In this document: in pieces, positions 46,108 to 55,335 of the stretch | Position numbering within the stretch: the first letter of the stretch is position 1 | Layout of the letters: each line of letters opens with the position of its first letter | Assembly (NCBI GenBank): GCA_016869765.1 | Contig: VGES01000011.1 | Location: forward strand, 11,401 to 75,400 | Length of the DNA stretch: 64,000 nucleotides | Source: Alphaproteobacteria bacterium | GTDB lineage: Bacteria > Pseudomonadota > Alphaproteobacteria > SHVP01 | Direction of reading: 5' to 3' | Made by a program: the position numbers and the translations under genes | The notes under the pieces: generated by a model | Databases searched by the model: none | Seen by the model: only the letters and a program-made list of their open reading frames with translations | What the model was told of the DNA's origin: nothing

Positions 46108-46964
46108 GCTTCGAGGTAGGCATTGATTTCCGCGGCCATAGCCGCGGCCTTGTCCGCCGACGTCGCGTAGGAGTCGTAGCGACCGGTCTTCTTGAGGGTG
46201 GCATGCGGTACGAACGGCACGGTGTTCTTGTCGGCGAGCGTCGGCAGGCCGAGCTTGGCCAGGTCTCCGCACCGGGCGCGCCAATCCTGCGAGAACGACG
46301 CGCGCACGACCAGGTGCTGGGTTCGCGCCGCCTTGAGCACTTCGAGCGTCTTGTCGTGGAGTTCGTCCGCGCTGGGTAAGCCCACGGTGCGCGCGTGGGC
46401 GGCATCGCGTTCGAACCATGGCCAATAGAGCGAGGTGTCGCGGATGAACGTCCAGGTCTTCTGGAACTGCGTGCCGTGACCGTCGAACGCGATCAACGGC
46501 GTGTACCAATCACGCATCTTCTCGACCGGCGGCTCGTCGTAGGGTTGGTCCCACTTCACCTTGTCCTTGGGCCAAGGAAAGATGAACAACCCATCGAGAA
46601 TGTGTTTGCGGATGCGCTTGGGCGCGGCGATCGCCATCTCGATCGACGTATGGGCCCCGACCCGGTTGCCGTAGAGATCGAACCGTTCGAACCCGAGTGC
46701 GGTTGCCGTGCGCAGCAGCATGTCGGCGAACTGCGGTAAGGTCGGGTTGGCCGGCCGCGGTGTCACCGAGTCGCCCGTACCCGGCAGGTCGATGGCATAC
46801 ACCGGCCGCTTGTCCTCGATCTTCTCGATCAAGGGCACGATCCCGAGCGAAGTGCCCGGCGCCACATTGAGGACGATCAGCGGCGGCGCCTTGCGGTCCT
46901 TGCCACCGTAGCGAAAGTGCATCTGGCCCTCGTCGATGTCGACGAAGCCGCGTCGGATCGCCAT
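46104..46964 (-). CDS. Alpha/beta hydrolase-fold protein with non-canonical nucleophile elbow
   Basis: MAIRRGFVDIDEGQMHFR, AIDLPGTGDS, elbow reads LYGNRVG; GGGAGA RBS. Confidence 0.8.
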   Translation of the reverse strand: MAIRRGFVDIDEGQMHFRYGGKDRKAPPLIVLNVAPGTSLGIVPLIEKIEDKRPVYAIDLPGTGDSVTPRPANPTLPQFADMLLRTATALGFERFDLYGNRVGAHTSIEMAIAAPKRIRKHILDGLFIFPWPKDKVKWDQPYDEPPVEKMRDWYTPLIAFDGHGTQFQKTWTFIRDTSLYWPWFERDAAHARTVGLPSADELHDKTLEVLKAARTQHLVVRASFSQDWRARCGDLAKLGLPTLADKNTVPFVPHATLKKTGRYDSYATSADKAAAMAAEINAYLEA

Positions 46965-46986
46965 GACTTCTCCCTCGCGGTCGCGT

Positions 46987-48534
46987 TCAGTTCGCGAACG
47001 TGATCTCGTGATAGTTGATGTACTGATTCTCGTTGCGGAAGCCGACCACGTTGGGTTGCGTGGCGTGGATGTTATTGAACTCGACGAGGAACAGGTTGAT
47101 CGCCTCCTCATGTTGCAATTCGATCAACTGGTGAATCAACGAGCGCCGTTTCTCGACGTCGAACTCGACCAGAATCTGATCGAGGAGCGCCTGTTGCTTG
47201 GGATCGCATATGTAGGGCTTGGTCCCCTTGCCACACGACTGACTCGAGAACGCCGAGGTCGCGTCCATCGACGGACCCGCCGCCCACAGGTTGTGCCACA
47301 CGCCGGAATCCCAGTTCACCGGCAAGAACTTGGCGCGCCAGTCCGGGAACGGGATGGCCCGCACGTTCGAGGTGACGCCGATCTTGCGGAGGTCGGTCGT
47401 GATCTGCTGGAAGATCTCGCCGTCCGCCGGGAACGCCCCGGGCACGGCATCGAAATCGAACGCCAAGTTGGGATGCCCCGCACCGGCGAGGAGTTTCTTC
47501 GCACGCTCCGGATCGTAGGCGTACGGCTTGACGTTGGGATGATAACCGAAGGCGACCGATGCGACGCCCTGGCCCGTCGCGCTGCCACCAACCCCGCTCA
47601 ACAGGTTCTTCACCATGTTCTCTTTGTCGACGCCGTGGTTGAGCGCTTGGCGCACGCGCTTGTCCAGGAACGGCTTGATGTCGACGCCATCCTTGGCGTT
47701 GATCTGGGTGAACCCGAGGGTTAGCACCTGATGCCCTGGCTTGACGTCGATCTTGGCGTTGGCTTGGCGCAGCGCGGCGAGGTTGTCGGGCGCAGCGCCA
47801 AGGATAATGTCGAGTTGGCCCGAGACGAACGCCTGCATGCGGGGCGCGCGCTCGGGCATATCGAAGACCTCAAGATTGCGAATCCGGGGGCGCCGCCAGC
47901 TGTCCTCGAACGCGGTCAGCTTCGCCGAGGCATTGTCGACGAAACTCACCTGACGGTAGGGCCCGGTGCCGACGGGGCGATCTGTGAAGCCCGCGACATC
48001 CGTCCAGGCTTTGGGTTCGATGATGAGCACAATCGCCGCATCGTTGGGCAGAATCGGGTTCGGACGCGCGGTCGTCAGTTCCACGACGTTGCCACCTTTG
48101 GCCTCGACCTTGGTGATGCCGCCGACACGGCTCGAAACCGAGGCGCCCCTGGACTTGCCCTCGTCGGTCTGCAGCCAGGCGAACGTCGCCTGGATCGCCT
48201 GCGGCGTCAGCGCCTCGCCGTTGTGAAACTTGGTAGAGCGCAGCGTGAATTCCCAGGTCGTCGGGCTAGTGTTACGCCAACTGGTGGCGAGTGCCGGCAC
48301 GGTCTGGCCCTTCTCGTTCACGAACGTCATGGCATCGAAGATCGCGTGCCAGGTGAACATCACGGGCGTCGCGAACCCGGTGAACGGGTTGCCTCGCCCC
48401 GGAGGCAGGTCCCACGTTCCAACCCGCAGCGTCCGATCCTGCATCGGCTGGGCGCTCAACGGCGCAGATGCCACCGACCAACCGACGACGGCCAAAGCCG
48501 CCGCCTGAACCAGGCGCCCCGCATGCTTGTTCAT
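46987..48534 (-). CDS. ABC transporter substrate-binding protein, family 5 (copy 1)
   Basis: Signal peptide; PALATSW, KFHNGE, PVGTGPY, PFLDKRVRQALNH, YDPERAKKLL; GAGGA RBS. Confidence 0.92.
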   Translation of the reverse strand: MNKHAGRLVQAAALAVVGWSVASAPLSAQPMQDRTLRVGTWDLPPGRGNPFTGFATPVMFTWHAIFDAMTFVNEKGQTVPALATSWRNTSPTTWEFTLRSTKFHNGEALTPQAIQATFAWLQTDEGKSRGASVSSRVGGITKVEAKGGNVVELTTARPNPILPNDAAIVLIIEPKAWTDVAGFTDRPVGTGPYRQVSFVDNASAKLTAFEDSWRRPRIRNLEVFDMPERAPRMQAFVSGQLDIILGAAPDNLAALRQANAKIDVKPGHQVLTLGFTQINAKDGVDIKPFLDKRVRQALNHGVDKENMVKNLLSGVGGSATGQGVASVAFGYHPNVKPYAYDPERAKKLLAGAGHPNLAFDFDAVPGAFPADGEIFQQITTDLRKIGVTSNVRAIPFPDWRAKFLPVNWDSGVWHNLWAAGPSMDATSAFSSQSCGKGTKPYICDPKQQALLDQILVEFDVEKRRSLIHQLIELQHEEAINLFLVEFNNIHATQPNVVGFRNENQYINYHEITFAN

Positions 48535-48610
48535 GGATTCCTCCCCAGGCGTCGACGAAGGCCGACGCCTGAAAAACCCTAGCGGTCGGCCCCTAGGCCG
48601 GTCAACGCCG

Positions 48611-49282
48611 CTACTCGAAAACCACGCCCGGCAGGCTGCGGAGCTTGTCCTCGCTTTTGCTGCGCTGGTCGTAGGGAACCCCCGAGACCCGCCCGGCCCA
48701 GGACTTTTCGCCGGCGGCTTCGACCTTCGGGATGATCTCGGCGACGCGGTCGCGCGGCACGACGACGACGCCATCGTCGTCGCCCAGGACGAGGTCGCCG
48801 GGATAGACGATGACGCCACCGCAAATGACCGGGCTATTGAGCCAGCCCGGCTTTTCGGCACCACGGTTGCGGTTGACGGTGCCGCGGCAGAAGATCGGTA
48901 GGCCCTCGCGTTCGCGCAGCATCTGGCCGGTCAACACGACGCCGTCGACGACCACGCCGACGCAGCCGTTCTCCTTGGCGCCGCCCGCCATGCTGGCACC
49001 GAAGTTCGAACAGTCGGTGCGACCACCGGCGTCGATTACGAGCACATCGCCCGGCTTGCAGTACTTGGTCGCGACCCGGCTCATGAGCGAGTCGTCGGCG
49101 TATTCCGGTCGAACCGTGAAGGCCGGCCCGCAGATTTTCCAATCCTGCCGCAGCGGCTTGATGGCGCCGGCAACGCACTGCCGCGGGCCTACCTCGATCC
49201 CGGCGAGGCAAACGTGGACCTTTGCGGCACGATCGACCCAGGATTTCTCTGGACGCACGAAGTCCGTGACAACGCGATACAT
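48611..49282 (-). CDS. RraA/HMG-aldolase fold protein (copy 1, atypical active site)
   Basis: ICGPAFTV, KPGDVLVIDAGG, PVICGGVIVYPGDLVLGDDDGVVVVP. Confidence 0.88.
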   Translation of the reverse strand: MYRVVTDFVRPEKSWVDRAAKVHVCLAGIEVGPRQCVAGAIKPLRQDWKICGPAFTVRPEYADDSLMSRVATKYCKPGDVLVIDAGGRTDCSNFGASMAGGAKENGCVGVVVDGVVLTGQMLREREGLPIFCRGTVNRNRGAEKPGWLNSPVICGGVIVYPGDLVLGDDDGVVVVPRDRVAEIIPKVEAAGEKSWAGRVSGVPYDQRSKSEDKLRSLPGVVFE

Positions 49283-49293
49283 GGTCCCTCCGC

Positions 49294-49327
49294 AAAAGAA
49301 AGGGGCAACCGCGCGGTTGCCCCTTTT
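49294..49327 (-). terminator. Intrinsic terminator after binding protein copy 2
   Basis: AAAGGGGCAACC-GCGC-GGTTGCCCCTTT; the minus strand continues TTTCTTTT after the GC stem. Confidence 0.85.
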
Positions 49328-49347
49328 GTGACGAACGCTCGAGGCAC

Positions 49348-50901
49348 TCAGTTCGTGAACGACATCTCGTGGTAGTTGATGAACTGATTGACGTTCTTGA
49401 ATCCCGCGACGTTCTTCTGAGTCGCGTGCAGGTTGGCGAACTGGACCAGGAACAGGTTGATCGCCTCGTCGTGCTGCAACTGGATCAGGTCGTGCAGAAC
49501 CTTTAGGCGTTTCGCCTCGTCGAACTCGCTGCTCGCCTGGTCATAAAGCGCCTGCTGCTTGGGATCGCAGATGTAGGGCTTGCCGCCTTTGAGGCAGGAC
49601 TGATTGAGGATCGCCGCTGTCGCATCCATGGCCGGCGCTGCCCCCCACAGGTTGTGCCACATCGGGCCGTCCCACTGCACCTGGAAGAACTTCGGCAGCC
49701 ATTGCGGGAACTGAACGACGCGGACCTCGGCATTGACGCCGATCCGCTTCAGTTCGGCCGCGGTCTGCTGGAAGATTTCTCCATCCGCCGGGAAAGCCCC
49801 AGGGACGGCCTCCACGATCACCGTACCCGGGATGCCGTTGCCGTATCCCGCTTCGGTCATCAGGCGCTTGGCCCGATCCGGATCATAGGCATAGGGCTTC
49901 ACGTTGGGATTGTGTCCAAAGGCCAGCGTCGAGACGCCCTGTCCCATGGCGATACCGCCGATGCCGCCAAGAAGCCCATCGACCATCGACTGCTTGTTGA
50001 CCGCATGGTTGATCGCCTGGCGCACGCGCTTGTCGGCGAACGGCTTTAGATCGACCCCCTCCTTGGCATTCGTGAATGTAAACGCCCAGGTGAGCACCTG
50101 CTGACCGGGCTGAATGTCGAGATTGGCTCCCATCGCCCGGATCGCCGGCACGTTGTCGGGCGTCAGCCCGAGGACGACATCCATCTGGTTCGACTGGAAG
50201 GCCGCCAACCGGGTCGGCCGTTCCGGCATCGCGCTTACTTCAAGATTGCGGATCCTGGGTCGCCGCCAGCTGTCCTCAGCCGCGGTGAACTTGACGAGAC
50301 CGGCCTGCCAATCGACGATCTTGTAGGACCCCGTGCCCACCGGTTTCTGGGTGAACGCCGCCAAGTCCTTCCACGCCTTCGGCTCGGGGATGAACACGGC
50401 CGCGATGTCGTTGGGCGCAATGGGATTGGGCTTCACGGTCTCGACCACGACGGTGGTCGCGTCGACCTTCTTGATGTCTGCGATCCAGGTGATGCGGCTC
50501 GAGACCGAGGGTCCCTTGGCCTTGCCCTCGTCGGATTTCAGCCAAGCAATGGCTTCAGCTAGGGACTCCGGCCCATTGACCTCGCCGTTGTGGAACTTTG
50601 TGTTGGGTCGCAGCTTGAACTCCCACGTCGTCGGCGACGTGTTGCGCCAACTTGCCGCGAGCGCGGGCTGGGCCTTGCCTTTCTCATCGATGAATGTGAG
50701 CGCATCGAACAGCGGGTGCCAGTAGAACACGCTCGGCGTACCCGTCCCAGTGTAGGGATTGCCGCGCCCGGGCGCCTCGCCCCACTGCGCCACGCGCAGC
50801 GTGCGCTCTTGCAGTGCCTGCGCCGACGCCGGGGCCTGGCTCAAGAGCCCGACGGATAAGGCGGCCGCGCTGGCAGCCGCCAACCACATGGTGCGTTTCA
50901 T
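49348..50901 (-). CDS. ABC transporter substrate-binding protein, family 5 (copy 2)
   Basis: Signal peptide MKRTMWLAAA...ASA; PALAASW, KFHNGE, PVGTGSY, PFADKRVRQAINH; close paralog of 46987-48534. Confidence 0.92.
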   Translation of the reverse strand: MKRTMWLAAASAAALSVGLLSQAPASAQALQERTLRVAQWGEAPGRGNPYTGTGTPSVFYWHPLFDALTFIDEKGKAQPALAASWRNTSPTTWEFKLRPNTKFHNGEVNGPESLAEAIAWLKSDEGKAKGPSVSSRITWIADIKKVDATTVVVETVKPNPIAPNDIAAVFIPEPKAWKDLAAFTQKPVGTGSYKIVDWQAGLVKFTAAEDSWRRPRIRNLEVSAMPERPTRLAAFQSNQMDVVLGLTPDNVPAIRAMGANLDIQPGQQVLTWAFTFTNAKEGVDLKPFADKRVRQAINHAVNKQSMVDGLLGGIGGIAMGQGVSTLAFGHNPNVKPYAYDPDRAKRLMTEAGYGNGIPGTVIVEAVPGAFPADGEIFQQTAAELKRIGVNAEVRVVQFPQWLPKFFQVQWDGPMWHNLWGAAPAMDATAAILNQSCLKGGKPYICDPKQQALYDQASSEFDEAKRLKVLHDLIQLQHDEAINLFLVQFANLHATQKNVAGFKNVNQFINYHEMSFTN

Positions 50902-51074
50902 TTCGTCCTCCCTGCTTGTGGGTAGCGTCGCCCAGTCCCGGGCAACGCCAACCTTGGGTTGAAGCGTAGCATGACAGCGCCCGGCCGCAGAAGCGCGCCC
51001 GATTGACGGAGCGACACCCGCCGTCGCACAGTGCCTCGGCCTTGTGGAGCCGGCCGGCCATTGAGGGGGGTTCG

Positions 51075-52322
51075 ATGCGCTTCCTCGCGGTACTCGCATT
51101 GATGATGGTTTGCGCCGGCGGCGCTTGGGCACAATCGCGCACCACCATCATCGAATATGATGACAAGGGCCGGCCCACCGGTGCCAACACCCGTCAGGGC
51201 GGCAGCAACGCGACGGCCCCTGCCCGCGGGCCTGCGACCAACCGCAACCAGCCCCGCGCGATCGACAACGAGTTGATCGTCACCAATGCACCGGCCGACT
51301 TCGAAAACAGCGTCGGGGGGCTCGGTTTTCGCATCGTCGAGAAGATCGGCCTGCGCGCGCTCGACATGACGGTCTACCGGTTGCGCATCCCACCACAATC
51401 CAACGCCGACGATGCGAAAGCGGCCCTCGGCCGGCGCTACCCGGGCATCGTCGCCGACGTCAATCACCTCTACGATCCCTCGCAGGCCAACGAATCCCTG
51501 CGCAGCGGCAGTTTGGCCCGTGACATGGCGGGCTGGGAGCAGGTGCCGGAGACCTGTGGCAAAGGTCTCAAGCTCGGATCGATCGACGGGTTCGTCGACG
51601 AGAAGCATCCCGCCTTCACCAACCGAACGGTGCGCTTTCGCAACTTCCATCGCGAGAATTTGCCGCCCGGCGCCGCCAGCCATGGCACAGCGGTGGCGGC
51701 CCTCCTGGTCGGCCATCCGGCGAACCGCGGATTCGGGGGATTGTTGCCGGGGGCGACGCTCTACGCCGCCAACATGTTCGAGCAGGATGGCGGGCAGGAT
51801 TCGGGAAATGCGGTGGGATTTCTCAAGGCCCTCGACTGGATGGCCGAAGAAAAGGTCCACGTCGTCAACATGAGCATCGCCGGACCCGATAACACGGTGG
51901 TCAAGCTCGCCGTCGAGAAGGCCAAACGCAACGGCCTCGTCATGGTGGCCGCCGCGGGCAACTGGGGCACCGCCGATCGACCGGCGTTTCCCGGCGCCTA
52001 CCCGGCCGTCATCGCCGTAACCGCAATCGACGACAAGAAACTCGTCTATCAGGACGCCAACCGCGGCGACTACGTGGCGTTCGCGGCCCCGGGCGTGAAG
52101 GTGTGGACGGCGATCCCCGGCGGCGGCAAGTTCCAGAGCGGCACGTCGTTTGCCGCGCCGTTCGTCACCGCCCAGATCGCGCTCGATATCGCCAAGGGGG
52201 CCGAGCGCGATGCCAACGCGATCAAGGCCCGCTACGGCGCAAACGCGCTCGACCTCGGGAAGCCGGGCAAGGACGAGGTGTTCGGCTTCGGCATCATCCG
52301 CACGCCGCCCAAGTGCCAGTAG
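51075..52322 (+). CDS. Secreted S8 (subtilase) serine peptidase
   Basis: Signal peptide; triad motifs IDG, HGTAVA, SGTSFAAP; AAAGN oxyanion motif. Confidence 0.92.
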   Translation: MRFLAVLALMMVCAGGAWAQSRTTIIEYDDKGRPTGANTRQGGSNATAPARGPATNRNQPRAIDNELIVTNAPADFENSVGGLGFRIVEKIGLRALDMTVYRLRIPPQSNADDAKAALGRRYPGIVADVNHLYDPSQANESLRSGSLARDMAGWEQVPETCGKGLKLGSIDGFVDEKHPAFTNRTVRFRNFHRENLPPGAASHGTAVAALLVGHPANRGFGGLLPGATLYAANMFEQDGGQDSGNAVGFLKALDWMAEEKVHVVNMSIAGPDNTVVKLAVEKAKRNGLVMVAAAGNWGTADRPAFPGAYPAVIAVTAIDDKKLVYQDANRGDYVAFAAPGVKVWTAIPGGGKFQSGTSFAAPFVTAQIALDIAKGAERDANAIKARYGANALDLGKPGKDEVFGFGIIRTPPKCQ

Positions 52323-52325
52323 GCC

Positions 52326-52895
52326 CTAACGCTTCATGAAGCCTTTGGGATCGACCAGCTTGAACGTCTGGCCGTAGCGCTTCGACACATCGACCAGTTG
52401 CGTTAGACGCCCGCCCTTGCCTTTGAGCAGGGCGGTGAGGTCGGCCGTCGTGTTTGCGTCGGTCAGGAAAGCGAAGTTCGCGCCCTCTTTCTGGGCCGGG
52501 AAGCGTCCGGTGTGCCAGGTGCCCTTCCACATCATGATGCCGGTGCTGCCGTCCTGGTAGAGCGCCTTCATGTCCTCGGGCCGGGGGATCGCCTCCGGAT
52601 CATCCGGATCCGTCGGACGTGCGAACACGGTGACCGCGGCGTGATTGCTGAGCGGCACGAACGATTGCGTCACCAGGTAGTGACGCTCCATGTGCGTGAA
52701 CTCGAGCGTCGGCTTGTATTGAAACTTGGCGAACTCCAGTTCGAACTTGCCTTCGCACTCGAAGTCGACCGTCCAGGTCTTGGCGTTGGGGCTGTCGAAA
52801 TGCGGGCGTTCGTTGCGTTCGGCGATCACCTGTCCGAAGGGGGCAAACGACTCGGCGGTCAGCAGTTCGATCGGTAGTTCGAAAATCTTGGCCAT
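52326..52895 (-). CDS. Ureidoglycolate lyase (AllA)-like protein
   Basis: LTAESFAPFGQVI, MERH..TQSFVPL, GTWH. Confidence 0.8.
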   Translation of the reverse strand: MAKIFELPIELLTAESFAPFGQVIAERNERPHFDSPNAKTWTVDFECEGKFELEFAKFQYKPTLEFTHMERHYLVTQSFVPLSNHAAVTVFARPTDPDDPEAIPRPEDMKALYQDGSTGIMMWKGTWHTGRFPAQKEGANFAFLTDANTTADLTALLKGKGGRLTQLVDVSKRYGQTFKLVDPKGFMKR

Positions 52896-52945
52896 GGGTT
52901 CCTCCCGTCGTGTCGTATGCTAGCGAGAAACCGAGGGCCGCGCTG

Positions 52946-54070
52946 CTATTTGCGAGCGCCGAAGAACCACGCCTTGCCGCGCGTCGAACCCGATGTGCCG
53001 GTGTAGTGGCTCTCGACCCAGACATCGATGTAGTCCGATTCCGAGAAGCCGGCGGCGAGAAGCATCGCCTTCTGATCGAGATCGTGCATCTTGCTGATGA
53101 ACGGTTCGGCGTTGAAGTGCGTATCCCAGTCGTGCACCGCCGCGTCGAACAGCGGCAATCTGTCCCAGGGTGGTCCGTCGCCATGCAGCGTGATGCCCCC
53201 CGGCGCGAGCAGGCGGAAGCATTCGTTGAAGATGTTCTGCATCGCCCCGGTCGCGGTCTCGTGCAGCGTCGCATGGCTCACGATGACGTCGAAATAGCCG
53301 TCGGGGAACGACGTGTGTTCGGCGTCTTGCTGCGAGAAGTGAACGACCATACCGCGCGCCTCGGCCCGCGCATGGGCGTAGCGCAGCATCGGCGCCGCGA
53401 CGTCGATGGCATGAATCTCGGCGTCGGGGAACGCTTCGCAATAGGGCAGGGTCGAGTGCCCGACGGCGCAACCGAGGTCGAGAATGCGCTTGGGTTCGCG
53501 CGACAGCGCGCCCTTCAGATAGCGGATCGCCGTACGCCCGAACTCCTCCGTGTAGGGGCCGAGGCTGCCCACCGCGCGCACGAACGCGCCCTGGTCGTAG
53601 ACCGCGCCGGCGAAGAGATCGCCCGACCCGAGTTCGCCCTGGTAGTTGCCCGGCATGCCATGGATATCGACGGCCGTCACGTAACGCGGCATCGCGACGC
53701 TGGGATCGAGCCGAAGCGTGCCCCGGGCGCGGCGAGCGAGCCGATCGGCGGCGGCCGCCAACGCGGGGAGCTGTCGCTCCGTCGCGTCGCCGAAGGTATC
53801 CCACATCATCTCCTGAGCGAGCAGGCGAAGCGCACTTGATACCTGGCCGAAGCCGTCGCGCAGCAACGCGCGGCGCACTTCGTGACGATCCTTGGGCGGA
53901 CGCCCGCGCTCGCGCTCGAACGTTGGACGGACGCGGGACTCGTAGACCGTCCGTGCGTCGATCCGCGTTTCGCGAATCGCCTCCTGTCGCAAGGCGAACA
54001 CGAAGTCGCTGCGCGCTCCCGCATCGTGATCGAGAACGGGTAGTACAGCATGGCGTCCAGGCCTAAGCAT
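52946..54070 (-). CDS. Class I SAM-dependent methyltransferase with long N-terminal extension (copy 1)
   Basis: Start re-set to ATG 54070 (GGAG RBS); AVDIHGMPGNY, RILDLGCAVGHST, LHET, WDTHFNAEPF. Confidence 0.88.
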   Translation of the reverse strand: MLRPGRHAVLPVLDHDAGARSDFVFALRQEAIRETRIDARTVYESRVRPTFERERGRPPKDRHEVRRALLRDGFGQVSSALRLLAQEMMWDTFGDATERQLPALAAAADRLARRARGTLRLDPSVAMPRYVTAVDIHGMPGNYQGELGSGDLFAGAVYDQGAFVRAVGSLGPYTEEFGRTAIRYLKGALSREPKRILDLGCAVGHSTLPYCEAFPDAEIHAIDVAAPMLRYAHARAEARGMVVHFSQQDAEHTSFPDGYFDVIVSHATLHETATGAMQNIFNECFRLLAPGGITLHGDGPPWDRLPLFDAAVHDWDTHFNAEPFISKMHDLDQKAMLLAAGFSESDYIDVWVESHYTGTSGSTRGKAWFFGARK

Positions 54071-54081
54071 CGGGGTCTCCG

Positions 54082-55206
54082 CTATTTGCGAGCGCCGAAG
54101 AACCACAAATTGTTGCGCAACGTCGCCGAAGTTCCTTTGAACGCAGCCGGCACGTATACGTCGATGTATTTCGACGCCGCGAACCCCGCTTCCAACATCA
54201 GCGCCTTCGGGTCGAGGTCGTGGACCTTGCTGATGAACGGCTCGGCATTGAAGTGCGTGTCCCAGTCGTGAACTGCGGCATCGAAGTCCGCGATGCGGTT
54301 CCACGGCGGGCCATCGAAATGCAACACGATCCCGCCCCTGGCGAGCAGGCGGTGCGCTTCGCGCAGGATGTTGCGCAGCGCCCGGTCCGAGGTTTCGTGG
54401 ATCATCGCCAGGCCGACAATGAGGTCGAAGTGACCGTCCGGAAAATCGGTCCGTTCGGCGTTCTGTTGCGAGAAATGAATCTTGTGGCCGAGGGCGACCG
54501 CACGGGCGTGGCCGTACCGGATCATCGGCGCCCCGGTGTCGATCGCATAAACCTCGGCCTTGGGATAGGCCTCGCAGAACGGCACGGTCGAGTGCCCGAC
54601 CGAACACCCGACATCGAGGATGCGTCGCGGGGAGAACTCGGGAAACGCCTGTTTGAGGTATGCGATGCAGGTGTGCCCGAAGCTATCGTTGTGCGTGCCC
54701 GCCGAACCCATCGAGCGCAGGAACACCCCGCGGTCATAGAGCGCGCCCGCGAACACGTCGTCCGACGTGAGTTCGCTGTCGTAGTTGCCCGGCATGCCGT
54801 GAATGTCGACCGCGCCGACATAGCGCGGCACCTCGAGCGTCGGATCGATCCGCACGCTCCCCGACCGCCGGCCGTTCAGTTGCCGCGCACGATCGACCAA
54901 GGTGCCGAGTTGGCGCTCGACCGAAGAACCGACGGCGTCCCACATGATCTCCTGCGCCAGCAGGCGCACCGCGCTCGACACCTGGCCGAAGGGATCACGC
55001 AACATGGCCTTGCGAATCTCGTGTCGGTCCTTCGGTTTGCGCCCATGAGTTTTACGAAACTGCGGCCCGACCCGCCCCTCGAACACGGTTCGCCCGCCTT
55101 CTCGGGCCTCGCGGACCGCTTCGACGCGCAAGGCCATGGCGAAGGCCTGGCGGGCCTCCTCGTCATGATTGGCGACCGGTAGCATCGCGTGCTGGGACTG
55201 CCGCAT
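54082..55206 (-). CDS. Class I SAM-dependent methyltransferase with long N-terminal extension (copy 2)
   Basis: Start re-set to MRQSQHAMLP (ATG 55206, GAGGA RBS); AVDIHGMPGNY, RILDVGCSVGHST, IHETS, WDTHFNAEPF. Confidence 0.88.
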   Translation of the reverse strand: MRQSQHAMLPVANHDEEARQAFAMALRVEAVREAREGGRTVFEGRVGPQFRKTHGRKPKDRHEIRKAMLRDPFGQVSSAVRLLAQEIMWDAVGSSVERQLGTLVDRARQLNGRRSGSVRIDPTLEVPRYVGAVDIHGMPGNYDSELTSDDVFAGALYDRGVFLRSMGSAGTHNDSFGHTCIAYLKQAFPEFSPRRILDVGCSVGHSTVPFCEAYPKAEVYAIDTGAPMIRYGHARAVALGHKIHFSQQNAERTDFPDGHFDLIVGLAMIHETSDRALRNILREAHRLLARGGIVLHFDGPPWNRIADFDAAVHDWDTHFNAEPFISKVHDLDPKALMLEAGFAASKYIDVYVPAAFKGTSATLRNNLWFFGARK

Positions 55207-55335
55207 GGGTTCCTCTTCACCGATCGCGCAATTATAGCGGGCATTCGGCCCGGCGTGAGCCATGCACGACCGCATTTGCCGGGCCGGGCATAAGCCCTAG
55301 ACTGTCCGACCTGGGCCCAACCAGGGAGGCGCCCC

